Of a DNA stretch of 64,000 nucleotides, positions 17,143 through 32,060 are shown in pieces. The number at the start of each line of letters is the position of its first letter. The stretch's first letter is position 1. The stretch lies in assembly GCF_009914755.1 (NCBI RefSeq), contig NC_060930.1. One strand, 5' to 3'. The stretch is from the human T2T-CHM13v2.0 reference genome, Homo sapiens. The notes below the pieces were generated by a model, which ran no database searches, was not told the DNA's origin, and saw only the letters and a program-made list of their open reading frames with translations. Made by a program: the position numbers and the translations under genes.

Positions 17143-18173
17143 CATTGAATCCTGAAGAAAACTGTAAGCTGATAATATTGCTTGTGAATAAGTATGATCA
17201 GATTTCTGGGTGGGGGTCAAGTTATGAGTTATTAGGAATCATCTTGCCCATAGTGTCTTATCTACACTCTTAGCAATTCTCAGAAACCATACCTTTAAAT
17301 TTTACTTCTGCATCCAAATCAGCCAAGAAAGATTCTGTTCCAATAACTGTATGAAAGTCTTTATAAGAGACATTTTGTAACTGTGTCTCTCTGTAATATT
17401 CTTTCCTTTTAGTGGAACTTCTGCCTGTGTGCAATAAGGAAGTGTCTGCTTTTATTGTGGGATGTTCCTGGAAACTTAAGAAAAATTCCATTCAGTGACA
17501 TGTTCCTTTATGTTTCATTATTGTTAAGCAGCACTTTGTACATTGGTAATTCAGTTGATTAAATAAACATTGAACTGCTATATGGAAAATATGGGAAAAG
17601 AGATGAGTAAGACACATTCACAAATAAGACTACAGTTGAGGGGAGGGTGGAGAGATTTAAGCTATAATAAAAAGTAGAATATTCGTTTATTAACAAGTTT
17701 AAATGAGTGTATGTGGAGGGGTTGAGAGTGAGGGTAAGTCAGAGGAGGAATGGGGCACATCTGGCTGGGGAATTGGGAAAGGCCTCTTGAAGGTAAATGA
17801 CATTTCAGCTGGCCTGTGAAGAATTAGGAGAATTTAACAGGCATGGGCTTGGGGAAGTGGCATAAAGGATGGAGGTTGGAGTCACTCCATGTGTTTTTGA
17901 GGAACATAGGCAATTCTAATTTGTGGGGATAAAGTATTACTGGGAAATGGAAAACTTCATTTGATTTCTGTTCAACAAGCATGGAAGCATAGGCTGGAAT
18001 GTTAATGTTGGGCTGAGCAGTTCGTTCTTAATACACTAGGCATTTTAGGAAACATTTAAGATACTGAAGTTGGAATGTGCCAGGATTGAATAAGCTGGTG
18101 GTGAAGCTAGCAGTACTTAATAGAAGGGGGCAGGAACACCCACAGAAGTTGCTTATAATATTATAAGGAAGTA

Positions 18174-18466
18174 GGCTGGGCCGGTTGCTCATGCCTGTAA
18201 TCCCAATACTTTTTGAGGCCCGAGGAGGAAGGATCACTTGAGGGCCAGGAGTTAGAGACCAGCCTGGTCAACAAAGCAAAACCCTGTCTCTACAAAAATA
18301 AAAAATAAAAAAATTAGCTGGGCACAGTGATATGCACCTGTAGTCCCAGCTACTCAGGAGGCTGAGGCAGGGGAATCACAAGCCTAGAGGCTGGAGGCTG
18401 CAGTCAGCTATGATAGCCCCACTGCACTCAGCCTGGATGACAGGGTGAGACCCTGTTTCTTAAAAA
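18174..18466 (+). mobile_element. AluJ element
   Basis: Diverged Alu dimer. Confidence 0.88.
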
Positions 18467-19779
18467 TATGTGTGTGTATATATAATAAAGAACAGCACAA
18501 TGGCTTGGAGCAGTGTGGGCAATGGACAGAAAGGAATATGGATATAGGAAACATTGCTGTAAAAGAGTATATGGGCTTAGCATAATTAGTAGGGCTTTGG
18601 GGGTTGATAATGGGAGAGTAGAGAGAATGCCTGGGTGACTGGGCAGATACTGATGGCTTTTTTAGAAATAGAGCGTCAAGAAGGAGGACTTTTTTTTTTT
18701 TTAAATTATAAACCACTTTATAGCAATTACAATTTTAAATCACCTGCTGTCCTACTACCCCTATACATTTACTGTTCTCATTTTGCTTGTCCTCTTCCAG
18801 TCTTGTTCTTAAGTGCAAGTAAGTTATACACTTAAAGTCCTGCTCCTTTTAATTTATTTTCTACCCTTGATGTCATATAAGTGTTCCGAGAGCTAGCTTT
18901 ATTAGATAAGCCGCCAAGGTTTGGCTTTGTTCACTCTCGGATGCCTACAGAACTTCAAGGTAGAGTTAGATGTTTGAATGAACTAGAAATGTTAGGAACC
19001 AAATGATCCTGTTTCTACTTAAAATTTTAATGTTTTGTTCATCATGGATAGTTTGGCATTTTAATTTTTAAAGATACTGCATTGTTATTCATTATCTTAA
19101 TTACTGAGTTTTTTTGGCACCCCCTTAAATTTTTGCACCCCAAATTTTACCTCACTTATTTTTGTCTGGGCTTTCTTTGTTTTCAAGACTGGTGAGTGAC
19201 TAGAATCAGAAAAGAAGGACCACATGGACAGAAAGAGAGGGCTGAGACGGGAACCCTGAGGAATAATCTTTATTTAGGGTGAAAAGAAGAAGAGGATTCA
19301 GTGGAAAGTGAGAATGGGCCATTCAAGGAGCCAGGTTACGTGTTGAATCAGGAAGAGAACATTGAGACAAGTTGGGATAAAGATAGAATTTTGAGAAGGA
19401 AGCATGGTGGTCATTAATGGTAATGCTTCAGAGAAGCTGAGGAGGGAAGAATTAAGATTGAGGAGAGGTAGTGAATATTCTGGTGATAAGGTTGTCATCC
19501 ATTGCTTTGAAGAGGGCAAGAGTTCCTGAAAAGATTTACCATTTTAATCTGGAGGCTAAGGTAAATATGAACAAACTGGTGAGAACTGAAGGCTAGGTTT
19601 TTAAAAAGAGTATCAAAGGAGGGGATTGGTGTGATGTGAATAGACAAAGCAGGCTTTCCTAGTATTACCCGACACTATTAAAATGAATAAATCTTAGTTT
19701 TTATGGGAAAGGGAGTCATTTACCATTTGATTTTTAATAAACTTGTATGTTCTGGCTGGAGTGTTATGGAGATTTTACA

Positions 19780-20106
19780 TTTTTTTTTGTTTTGTTTTTT
19801 GTTTTTTTTTGTCTGTTTTAAAGAAAGAGTCTTTCTCTGTTGCTCAAGTGGAGTGTAGTGGCATGATCATAGCTCACTGCAGCCTTGAACTCCTGGACTC
19901 AAGCGATCCTCCCACCTCGGCCTCCTGAATAGCTGGGACTAAGAGCGTGTGCCACCACGTCCAGCTAATTAAAAAACATTTTTTTTGTAGAGACAAGGTC
20001 TTGCTATGTTGCCCAGGCTAGCCTCTAGTTCCTGGCCTCAAGTGTTCCTCCTGCCTTGGCCTCCCAAAGTGCTGGGATTACAGGTGAGAGCCACTGGCAC
20101 CCAGCC
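19780..20106 (-). mobile_element. AluJ element
   Basis: Reverse-complement Alu with degenerate T/G tail. Confidence 0.88.
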
Positions 20107-20949
20107 CATTGTTAAATTAAGAAATTTTTGAAGTTTATATGACTTCCACAATTTATACATATAATACAGACCAAAGTGTGGTCTAACTTGTATAGATAGT
20201 TGGAAATCTTGTAAAATTTATAAGCTGGCATCATATATTTTATATGCTGTTTTGGAATATATGCTTTTTATATACATGTGAATTTTATGATTGATATGGG
20301 GATATAATGATTATATCCTACACTTCTGCATTACTCCACAGGTATTACTGTTCTAAAGATTGCCATTCAAATAGCTCCTGATATTAATCACCTTCCTTTA
20401 AAAATTTTGCTAATATTTAGTGATATATTTTTTGCTTAATCTTGTTCTAGATATGGCTGTTTCAAAATGTTCACTTTTATATTTCCACGCTTAGAGTCTT
20501 ATGATTGTGGGCTTTCATAATTATTGTGGGCATTCATACGTAGTGCCATCTTAGCCTTCTACTTTTCTCTATATATACCTAATTATATTTGAAATCTTAC
20601 TAATCGTTATTCTTGTGTATATGGCTGTCCCACGTTAAGGAGGCTGACTCCCAAGTGTATATATATCTATGTCTCAGTTTCTGAGCTCCCATATTCTTTC
20701 AGCAGACATTTATTTATTGTTTGCTCTGTGCCAGGCACTGTGGTTGGCCCTGGTGAGCAAAACAGATAAGATCCCTACTCACATTGGTGCTTATATGACT
20801 TCTTTTGAACTCCTTCTGTGTCATCTCTCTTAATCACTTCTATAGTAATCCTCACCTAAATTTTCTATCATCGGCTGTCTAAAACCGAACTCATCCTTTC
20901 CTTCAAACAAGTTCTCTTTGTGGAATTTTCAACTTTTAAAAATGTTATC

Positions 20950-21241
20950 GGCTGGGTGTGGTGGCTCACACCTGTAATCCCAGCACTTTGGGAGGCCGAG
21001 GTGGGCGGATCACGAGGTCCGGAGGTCAAGACCATCCTGGCTAACACGGTGAAACCCCATCTCTCCTAAAAAAATACAAAAAATTAGCCGGGCATGGTGG
21101 CGCATGCCTGTAGTCCCAGCTACTCAGGAGAATCGCATGAACCCAGGAGGCGGAGGTTGCAGTGAGCCGAGATCATGCCTCTGCACTCCAGTCTGAGTGA
21201 CAGAGTGAGAGTCTGTCTCAAAAAAAAAAAAAAAAAAAAAA
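20950..21241 (+). mobile_element. AluSc/Y-like element with small internal deletion
   Basis: ggatcacgaggtc...gaccatcctggctaacacgg; lacks gctgaggcaggag in right arm; long A-tail. Confidence 0.9.
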
Positions 21242-21788
21242 GATTATCATTTTCTGCTACCTAGGATAAAAGCCATGGAATTTTCTACATTCACTTCTAA
21301 GTCAGTCATGTACCATATTCTCTCAATTCTTCCTTTGTGGTAAATCCTTTTTCCCCTCATCGCCTCGACAAATTATGTATGGACTAATACAGTAGTCTGC
21401 TGCTTGCCCTTCTATATGCTGTTGCCAGATTAATTCTTCTAAATATGCACATTTTTATGTATTTCCATATTGCTCAGAAATTGTTGCTTATCCATTTGAT
21501 AGGCAGAATGAGATAAAAACTAGGACTATCCTCTTACCAATTTTTTCATATCCTTTGCATCAGCAGCATTGGTCTGTTTTTTTAACATTCCGAACTCATG
21601 CTTTTTCTTAAGCATTTTTTCCCACCTGATATCTTCTCTAGTTTTTTCTGGTTTAACCTTCAGAGTTCATCTCAGCTCAAATCTTATTTTATAAAGCCTT
21701 CCTCACCAAAGGAGACTTTTGTAACTACTGTTACACATATACTTCTGGCTTGGCATTTGTATACAGTATATTCAGCAGGTTCTGTGCC

Positions 21789-21958
21789 ATAGATATAGAT
21801 ATATATATATATATATATATATAGTTCAAAATATATATTCAAAAGTGATATAATTTTGATTGTTTAATTATATATTGATTTAATATATTTATATTATATA
21901 TATTTAATATTTATTGATTTATATATTTAATTATATATTGATTGATATAATTTTAATT
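21789..21958. repeat. (TA)n and AT-rich low-complexity block
   Basis: Almost all A/T, with internally repeated ttaattatatattgatt and gatataatttt. Confidence 0.9.
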
Positions 21959-22353
21959 GATTGTTCAGAATACTCACCAGAATTTGCAAATAGTAATGAC
22001 AAAGATGATCAAGGTAAGCATGAGTGTATAATTGAACATGTAACATATGAAGATGTGTGTTTTGTGTTTCATGGCAATTTCTGTTACTCTGTCATTTATT
22101 CATCACGTTGCTCTGTTACTCTTTAATGTCAACATCTTTAATCATCAGATTTAGACTTTCCCATCTTAATCTTGGTAAAAAGTGAATACATGGTAAGGAT
22201 TTTATTAAACCAGGCAAATTTTTAAACTAGTTCCACAGAGAATCCATAGAATGGACACATTTGTAGGGATATTGAAATGAATATATAAATAGAGGTACAA
22301 CTGGTTGTTCTATGGGGTGAGGAAAGAAATTGAATCTTTGCTGGACAAGAAAG
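21959..22353 (+). repeat. Local duplicate of NUS1 exon 2 (last 55 nt) plus ~340 nt of intron 2
   Basis: Manual alignment to 23349-23744: about 11 substitutions and one 1-nt indel; both copies encode [14 protein letters not shown] and keep the AAG|gtaagc donor. Confidence 0.97.
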
Positions 22354-23240
22354 TTGGAAATTCTACAAAGAGAACTGGTTTGATGGAAAAGATTTAAGCA
22401 GCTTTATATGTATATATTTATTATATATATGTGTATATATTAGCCTGTGTTCTCTCTCCCAGTTATTTTGTTAAACTACTTTAAAGTCATGCCTGACTGA
22501 GAGTGCAGAGTAGGAACATTTGATAAAGATTAAAAAGGCAATGGCTACTAGAAAGCTGCCTCTGCAAATTGTCAAAGACTTGTTCCTTTTTTTTTAGTCA
22601 GAGCTCTTACTAGTTTTACATTAAATGTATGTCACATAGTTCCTTTGTCTTTCTCATCTTTCTCAATAACATGACAGTAGTTAACAGTGTTAACTTTTCC
22701 CTGCATAGAGGACCATACATTGTTCTTTGTATTTTATTTCTGTGCTTTGTTTTAAATTTACTAAATTGTTTTTCTGTTCTCTTTTTACGTAATCCTTATT
22801 ACTTCCTCTTATGATTTAAAAAACTAATCAAATTGAGGCAAGATTATTTAATACAAGTAGTAAATCTGCAGAAAAGGTACATTAGACTGTGAGTGAGGAA
22901 CATAACAGGCTCTAGACCACTGCTGCAGTTTATAATTTCTTGGAGAAGAACCTTAAAGAGTTTAGGCCTCAGTTTCTGAATCCATAAAGATTTTAAGTAA
23001 GTGATCTCTTAAAATTCCTAAGTCTAAATTTCTGTCATATTCACATGCCACTACTTAAGTAGTTACCTCTGTTCTTTTTTTTGCTGGAAGCCAGACTCTT
23101 GTATTAACAAAGTTTTGTTGTCATGTTTTCCTTTTAGATTCTAGTTTAGGACTAGTCATTACAGCTTTGTTTGACATTCGTTTAGTTCTGGATCTAGTGT
23201 TGTTTTCATAGCAAGCATTCACTTGAAGAGGAAAAATTAA

Positions 23241-23573
<333 letters not shown>

Positions 23574-24109
23574 TGAACACATGATAAGGATTTTATTTAA
23601 CCAGGCAAATTTTTTAACTGGTTCCACAGAGAATCCATAGAATGGACACATTTGTAGAGATATTGAAATGAATATATAAATAGAGGTACAACTGGTTGTT
23701 CTATGGAGTGAGGAAAGAAATTGAATCTTTGCTGGACAAGAAAGAATTTGCATGTCTATAGATAAGAATTTTGCAGTGTTATCTGAGAATCCCATCAATT
23801 GTAAGATAGCTCCTATAAAAGTAGAATTGATAAAGGTATGTATGCTATAGGCAATGCATATTCCACTCTAACAGTTTTTTCTTAGTCTTTATTTTTTCTT
23901 TTATTCTGTGTTACTGCTAACGATATCGCAATTATACAGGAAATTTTAGATGCGTGAAAATTTGTTAGCTAGCCTATAAAGTTTCTGTTTTCTAGAGGAT
24001 GTAGTCACAATGTATAGTCATTCTGAACACTTTGAAAAGAAGGCAGTGTATAAATATATACATGGATGTGATTTGGGATATATGGATCCTTTCAGAGGAG
24101 AATAGCTAA

Positions 24110-24469
<360 letters not shown>

Positions 24470-25148
24470 TAGTTTTGTCACACGAGGATACAGTATGAAA
24501 GAAAATATTTTTGTTTCTTTCACACCATAAAGCCTGATTCTTTTGTTGTTAATACCTGTTAAATTTCTGAAATTTAAAGACCTATGTAAAAATGGTTTCG
24601 AGACAATGAAATTTGTAGCCACTCACTCGCATGAGGATTTAATGGTAAAGGAGATGACCTTTGAGGATCTTTTTTGTAGTGATGAATATTCTTGAAAATA
24701 GGACTTCTGCTTGTTAGCCTTCCTCTCCCTCTTCCCCTTTCTTTTTAGTTTGAACTTTCCCTTAACTTTGAACTTAATCTTTTTATGAGGTGATCCCAGG
24801 AATATAATCTTACTGTTACCATGATTCCTTTTTAATTATTCTTTCTATTATGCTATACCAAATATACAACTGTATTTGTCATGTTATACCAAATATAACT
24901 TTTTTTCTTCAGCTGTTTAAATAAGCCTTTGGTTTGCATATTCTGTCTAGAGAATTCCCTCTAGGACCTTTTTGCCATAATGTCATGGTTCTTCTTGCTT
25001 ACTAGCATTAGCCTTGATCCTTTTGAAGAAAGACAATCTCTCTAGTAAATTCATGTTCATTAATAGCTTCTATAGGCATACAGTTTTAGACATTCATTCA
25101 TTTTTTATTACTTAGACTATCCATTTACTTATTAATCGTGCATTTTCA

Positions 25149-25466
25149 GGCTGGATGGGGTGGCTCACACTTGTAATCCCAGCACTTTGGGAGGCTGAGG
25201 CAGGTGGATCGCTTGAGCGCAGGAGTTTGAGACCAACCTGCGCAACATAGCAAAACCCCATCTCTACAAAAAATAAAAAATTAGCCAGGCATGGTGGCTC
25301 ACGCCTGTGGTCCCAGCTACTCAGAAGGCTGAAGCAGGAGTATAGTTTGAGTTCAAGAGGCAGAGGTTGCAGTGAGCCAAGATCGCATCAGTACACTCTA
25401 GCCTGGGTGACGGAGTGAGACCCTGTCTCAAAAAAAAAAAAAAAAAAAAAAAAAAAGAAAAAGAAA
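25149..25466 (+). mobile_element. Alu (J/S-like)
   Basis: Full dimer with long A-tail; TSD tgcattttc. Confidence 0.92.
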
Positions 25467-25864
25467 TGCATTTTCTATCTTAACTTATTTACTTAACTCT
25501 CCATTCTTTGTTTCTTCCACTTTGACATGTGTCCGTCACAGAGCAAAGTCCATCTCCCACTTCTTGGTTTCGCTAACTTCCTACTTTTGTTGACTACTTG
25601 CTTCTTACCCTACCCTGTCATTGCCTAATTATATTCAGGCTCAGTGAGTAGTAGACCATTATGGGGCCTCTCTGCTCAGATGTTACTGGGATGTTGACTG
25701 TTTCCTGCACCCTATGAGACCCTAATAAGAGAGTAATTTCATAAGGACATTCTAAAAGTTGATGGAGATCCAAAGATGACCTTCAGGTAGTCCATGGGAA
25801 AGCGCTAATGTTTATTAAGCCCAGTTGTTGCCTTCAGGCATTGTAAGCTTAGGATAAATGAAAA

Positions 25865-26273
25865 TGTACACAATTCTTAACTTATTAATTTGACAGAGGC
25901 AAGCATTCTGAATACCATCACCATCAAAAGTTCCTTTGTGACTGCATTTAGTCCCCACTCCTGCCCCCTAAACCAGCAACCACTGGTCTGGTTTCTGACT
26001 ATACTTTCGCTTTTTCTATAAATTTTATATAAAAGGAGTCATACAATATATAGTCTTTTATGTCTTGCTTTGTTTACTTACCATATTTTTGAGGTTCATC
26101 TATGTAAAATGCATTAGTTATTCATTGTTTTTTATTGGTGAGTAGTATTTTCTAGATATACCACGTTTTGCTTATGCATTCATCGGTTAATGCACATGTG
26201 GTTTGTTTCCAGTTTTTGAATAATGCTGTATGACTGTTTGTGTACAAGTTTTTGTGTGGATGTTTGTGTGTTT
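25865..26273 (-). mobile_element. Old L1M 3' fragment
   Basis: Antisense L1M 3' UTR-type sequence (ttcattgtttttattggtgagtagtatt...gtttccagttttt). Confidence 0.7.
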
Positions 26274-29200
26274 TCAAGAATTCAGAAAGTCAGAATTCTA
26301 TCAGATAAATTTAACAAAGAGAGTGAAATAATTAAAAAGAATCAAGCAGAAATTCTGGAGTTGAAAATGCAGTTGACATACTGAAAATGCATCAGAGTCT
26401 CTTAATAGCAGAATTGATCAAGCAGAAGAAAGTTACAAGCTTGAAGATAAGCTATTTACAAATACAGAGAGGAGACAAAAGAATGAAACACACCTACAAA
26501 ATCTAGGAAAAAGCCTCTTGAGGGCAAATCTGAGTTATTGGCCTTAAAGAGGAGATACAGAGAGAGAACGAGATGGGTTACAAAGTTTATTTAAACCTAG
26601 AGAACTTCCCAAACCTAGAGAAAAATATCAGCATTCAACTACAGGAAGATTATAGAACACCAAGCAGATTTAACCGAAAGATGACTACTTCAAGGCATTT
26701 AATAATCAAACTATGAAAGGTCAAGGATTTAAAAAAAAAATGGATCCTAAAAGCAACAAGAGAAAAGAAACAACATACAATAGAGGTTCAACATATCTGG
26801 CAGCAGACTTTTCAGTAGAAACCTTACAGGCTGGGAGAGAGTGGCATAACATATTTTAAAAAGTGGTGAAAGAAAGAAACTTTTACCCTAGAATAATAGT
26901 ATGCCCAGTGAAAATATCCTTCAAACACGAAGAAGAAATAGACTTTCCCAGACAAACAAAAGCTAAGAGATTTTATCAGCACCACACTTTCCCTGCAAGA
27001 AATGCTAAGGGGAATTGTTTAATCAGAAAGGAAAAGATGTTAATGAGCAATAAATCATCTGAAGGTACAACTCTCACTGGTAATAGTAAGTACACAGAAT
27101 GTTACAGAACTGTAACTGTGGTGTATAAAACTGTCAAGTAAAAAGACTAAAAGATGACCCAGTCAATAATAATAACTAAAACAACTTTTCAAGACATAGA
27201 CAGTACAATAAGATACAAATAAAAACAACAGAAAGTTTTAAAATGGGGAGATGAATGTAAAGTATACAGTTTTTATTAGTTTTCATTTTGTTTATTTGTT
27301 TATGCAAGCAGTGTGGTAATCAGCTTAAAATAATGGGTTATGACAGATAGTATTTGCAAGCCTCATGGTAACCTCCAATCAAAAAACATACAAGAGATAC
27401 ACAAAAAAATAAAAAGCAAGAAATTAAGTCATACCACCAGAGAAAATCACCTTTCCTAAAAGGAGGACAGGAAGGAAGTAAAGAAGGAAGAGAAGACCAC
27501 AAAACAACCAGAAAACAAATAACAAAATGGCAGGAGTAAGTCCTTATCGATAATAACATTGAATGTAAGTAGACTAAACTCTTCAAAAGACATACAGTGG
27601 GCGGATGGATAAAAAATAAGACCCAATGATCTGTTGCCTACCAGAAACACACTTCACCTATAAAGACACACAGACTGAAAATAAAGGGATGGAAAAAGAT
27701 ATTTTATGCCAACGGAAACCCAAAAAGAGCAGGAGTTACTATACTTATATCAGACAAAAGATATTTCAAGACAAAAACTCTAAGAAGAGACCAAGAAGTC
27801 CACTATCTAGTGATAAAGGGGTCATTTTAGCAAGAGGATATGACAGTTGTAAATACATATGCACCCAACATTGGAGAACCCAGATATATAAAGCCAATAT
27901 TAATAGAGCTAAAGAAAGAGAGAGAGAGAGACCCCAATACAATAATAGCTGGAGACTTCAACACCCCACTTTCAACACTAGACAGATAGAGACAGAAAAT
28001 CAACAAGAAACATTGAACTTAATCTGCACTGTAGACCAAATGGATCTAATAGATATTTACAAAACATTTTATCCAATGGCTGCAGAATATACATTCTCCT
28101 TGTCAGCACATGAAACATTCGCAAGAAGAGACCATATGTTGGGCCACAAAACAAGTCTAAAACATTCACAAACATTGAAATAATATCAAGCATCTTCTCT
28201 GACCACAATGGAATAAAACTAGAAATCAATAAGAGGAATTTTGGAAACTATACAAACACCTGGAAACTAATCAGTATGCTCCTGGATTACCAGTGGGTCA
28301 ATGAAAAAATTAAGAAGGAAATTGAAAAATTTACTGAAACAAGTGGTAATAAAAATACAACATACCAAAACCTATGGGATGCAGCAAAGCAGTACTAACA
28401 GGAAAGTTTAAAAGATCAGAGCAGAAATGAATGAATTTGAAATGAAAAAGTCTATACAAAAGATAAAAAATTTGGTGGTGTTTTAGAAAAGATAAAATTG
28501 AGAAATCTTTAGTTAGACCAAGGAAAAAAACCAGAAGACCCAAATAAATAAAATCAGAGATGGAAAGGAGATACTGCAACTGATGCTACAGAAATTCAAA
28601 GGATCATTAGTGGCTGCTATGAGTAACTATATGCCAATAAATTGGAAAATCTAGAAGAAATAGATAAATTCCTAGACCTACAACCCACCAAGATTGAACC
28701 ATGAAGAAATCCAAATCCTGAAGAGACCAATAATAAGTGATGAGGTTGAAGCTGAAGTAATGAAAAGTCTTAGAGCAGTGGAAAGCTCATGACTTGATGG
28801 CTTCATTGCTGGATTCTACCAAACATTTAAAGAAGAACTAATACCAATTCTACTCAAACTATTCTGCACAATAGAAAGGAGGGAATGCTTACAGATTCAT
28901 TTTGTGAAGCTAGTATTACCATGTTACCCAAACCAGACAAAGACACATCAAAAAAAGAAAATTACAAGCCAGTACCACTGATAAATGTTCATGAAGAAAT
29001 CCTCCACAAAATAATGGCAAACCAAATTCAACAATATATTAAAAAGACGATGACCAAGTGGGATTTATCCCAGGGATGCAAGGATGGTTGAACATACACA
29101 AATCAATGAATATGATATATTGACAGTATGAAAGATAAAAATCATGATCATTTCAATTGATACTGAAGAAGCATTTGATAAAATTAAACACTTGCATGAT

Positions 29201-31260
29201 AAAAACCCTAAAAAATCTGGGTATAGAAGGAACACGCTACAACATAATAAAAGCCATATATGATGGACCCATAGCTACTATCTTTCTGAATGGGGAAAAA
29301 CTGAAAGCCTTTCCTCCAATAACTGGAACACAAGGATGCCACTTTCACCACTGTTATTTAGCATAGCACTGGCGGTCCTAGCTAGAGCAATTAGACCAGA
29401 AAAAGAAGGAAAAGGCATCCAGATTGGAAAGGAAGAAGTCCTTCTTTGCAGATGATCTGATCTCAAATTTGGAAAGACCTAAAGATTCCACCGGACAACA
29501 ATTAGAACAGATAAACACATTCAGTAAAGTTGCAGGATACAAAACCAATGTACAAAAATCAGGAGCATTTCTATATGTCAATAGTGAACAATCTGAAAAA
29601 GAAACCAAGAAAGTAATCACATTTATAATAGATACAAATAAAATTAAATATCTAGGAATTAACCAAAGAAGTGAAAGATCTCTACAATGAATACTATGAA
29701 ACATTGATGAGAGAAATTAAGGAGGACAGCCAAAAAATGTAAGCCTATTTCCTGTTCATGGATTGGAAGAAGAATCAATATTGTTAAAACGTCCATAGTA
29801 CCCAAAGCAATCTGCAGTCAATGCAAAATATCAATGCAGTCTATCAAAATATCAGTGACATTCTTCACAGAACTAGAAAAAACAATCCGAAAATTTATAT
29901 GGAATCACAAAAAGACCCAGAATAGCCAAAGCTATTCTAAGCAAAAAGAACAAAACTGGAGGAATCACGTTACCTGACTTCCAGTTATACTACAGAGCTA
30001 TACTTATAGTTACCAAAACAGCATGGTACTGGCATAAAAACAGACACAGAGAATAGACAATCTAGAGACAATCTAGAGACAAATGCATACATCTCCAGTG
30101 AACTCATTTTTTGACAAAGGTGCCCAGAACATACAATGGGAAAAACCAGTATCTTCAGTAAATGGTACAGGGAAAACTGGATATCCGCATGGAAAATAAT
30201 GAAACTAGAACCCTATCTCTTGCCATATACAAAAATCAAATCAAAATGCATAAAAGACTTAAATCTAAGATCTCAAACTAAGCAACTACTACAGGAAAAC
30301 ACTGGGGAAGCTCTCTAGGACATTGAACTGGGCCAAACCCTACAAGCACAGGCAACCAGAGCAAAAATGAACAAATGAGATCACATCAAGTTAAAAAGCT
30401 CCTGCACAGCAAAGGAAACAATCAGCAAAGTGAAAAGACAACACAGAATGGGAGAAAATATTTGCAAACTACTCATCTGACAAGGGATTAATAACTAGAA
30501 TACATAAGGAGCTTAAGCAAATCTACAGGAAAAAGATCTAATCTGATTTTTTAAATAGGCAAAAGATCTGAATAGATATTTCTCAAAAGAATACATACAG
30601 ATAGCAAATAGGTATATGCAAAGATGCTCAATATCACTGATCATTGGAGAAATACAAATTAGACCTACAATAACATATTATTGTAAAATGGCTTTTTTCT
30701 AAACAGGTAATAACAAATGCTAACGAGGATGTGGAGAAAGGGAATCCTTGTACACTGTTGGTGGGAATGTAATTGGTACAACCAGTGTGGAGAACAGTTT
30801 GGAGGTTTCTCTAAAAACTAAACATTGAGCTACCACATGATCCAGTAATCCCACTGCTAGGTACATACCAAAAAGAAAAGAATATGAACTCCTATGTTTA
30901 TTGCAGCACTGTTCACAATAGCCAAGATTTGGAAGCAACTGAAGTGTCCATCAGCAGATGAATCGATAAAGAAAATGTACATATGGACCACAGAGTAGTA
31001 TTCAGCCATAAAAAGAACAAGATCCTGTCATTTGCAGCAACACGGATGAAACTGGAGGCCATTATGTTAAATGAAATAAGCCTGTCACAGAAAGACAAAC
31101 ATCACATGTTCTCACCTGTGGGAGCTAAAAATTAAAACAATTGAACTCATGGAGATAGAGAGTAGAGGATGGTTGCTAGAGGCTGGGAAAGATAATGGGG
31201 GAGTGAGCCAGCAGGGAAGTGAGGCTGGCTACTGTGTACAAAAAAAAAAATTGAATAAGA
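26274..31260 (+). mobile_element. Degenerate L1MA/L1PB-type LINE-1 (~5 kb; ORF1 3' part, ORF2, partial 3' UTR)
   Basis: Fragmentary ORF1 (NFYPRI..PVKISFKHE) and ORF2 (ICCLPETHFTYKDT, FADD, LEPYLLPYTKIKSK) peptides with many frameshifts; L1MA-type 3' UTR. Confidence 0.9.

Positions 31261-32060
<800 letters not shown>

Noticed and set aside
21914-22126. 70-aa ORF resembling a NUS1 paralog or processed pseudogene
   Set aside because: It is the partial exon-2/intron-2 DNA duplicate read through low-complexity sequence; it contains intron and has no poly(A), so it is neither a retrocopy nor an independent gene
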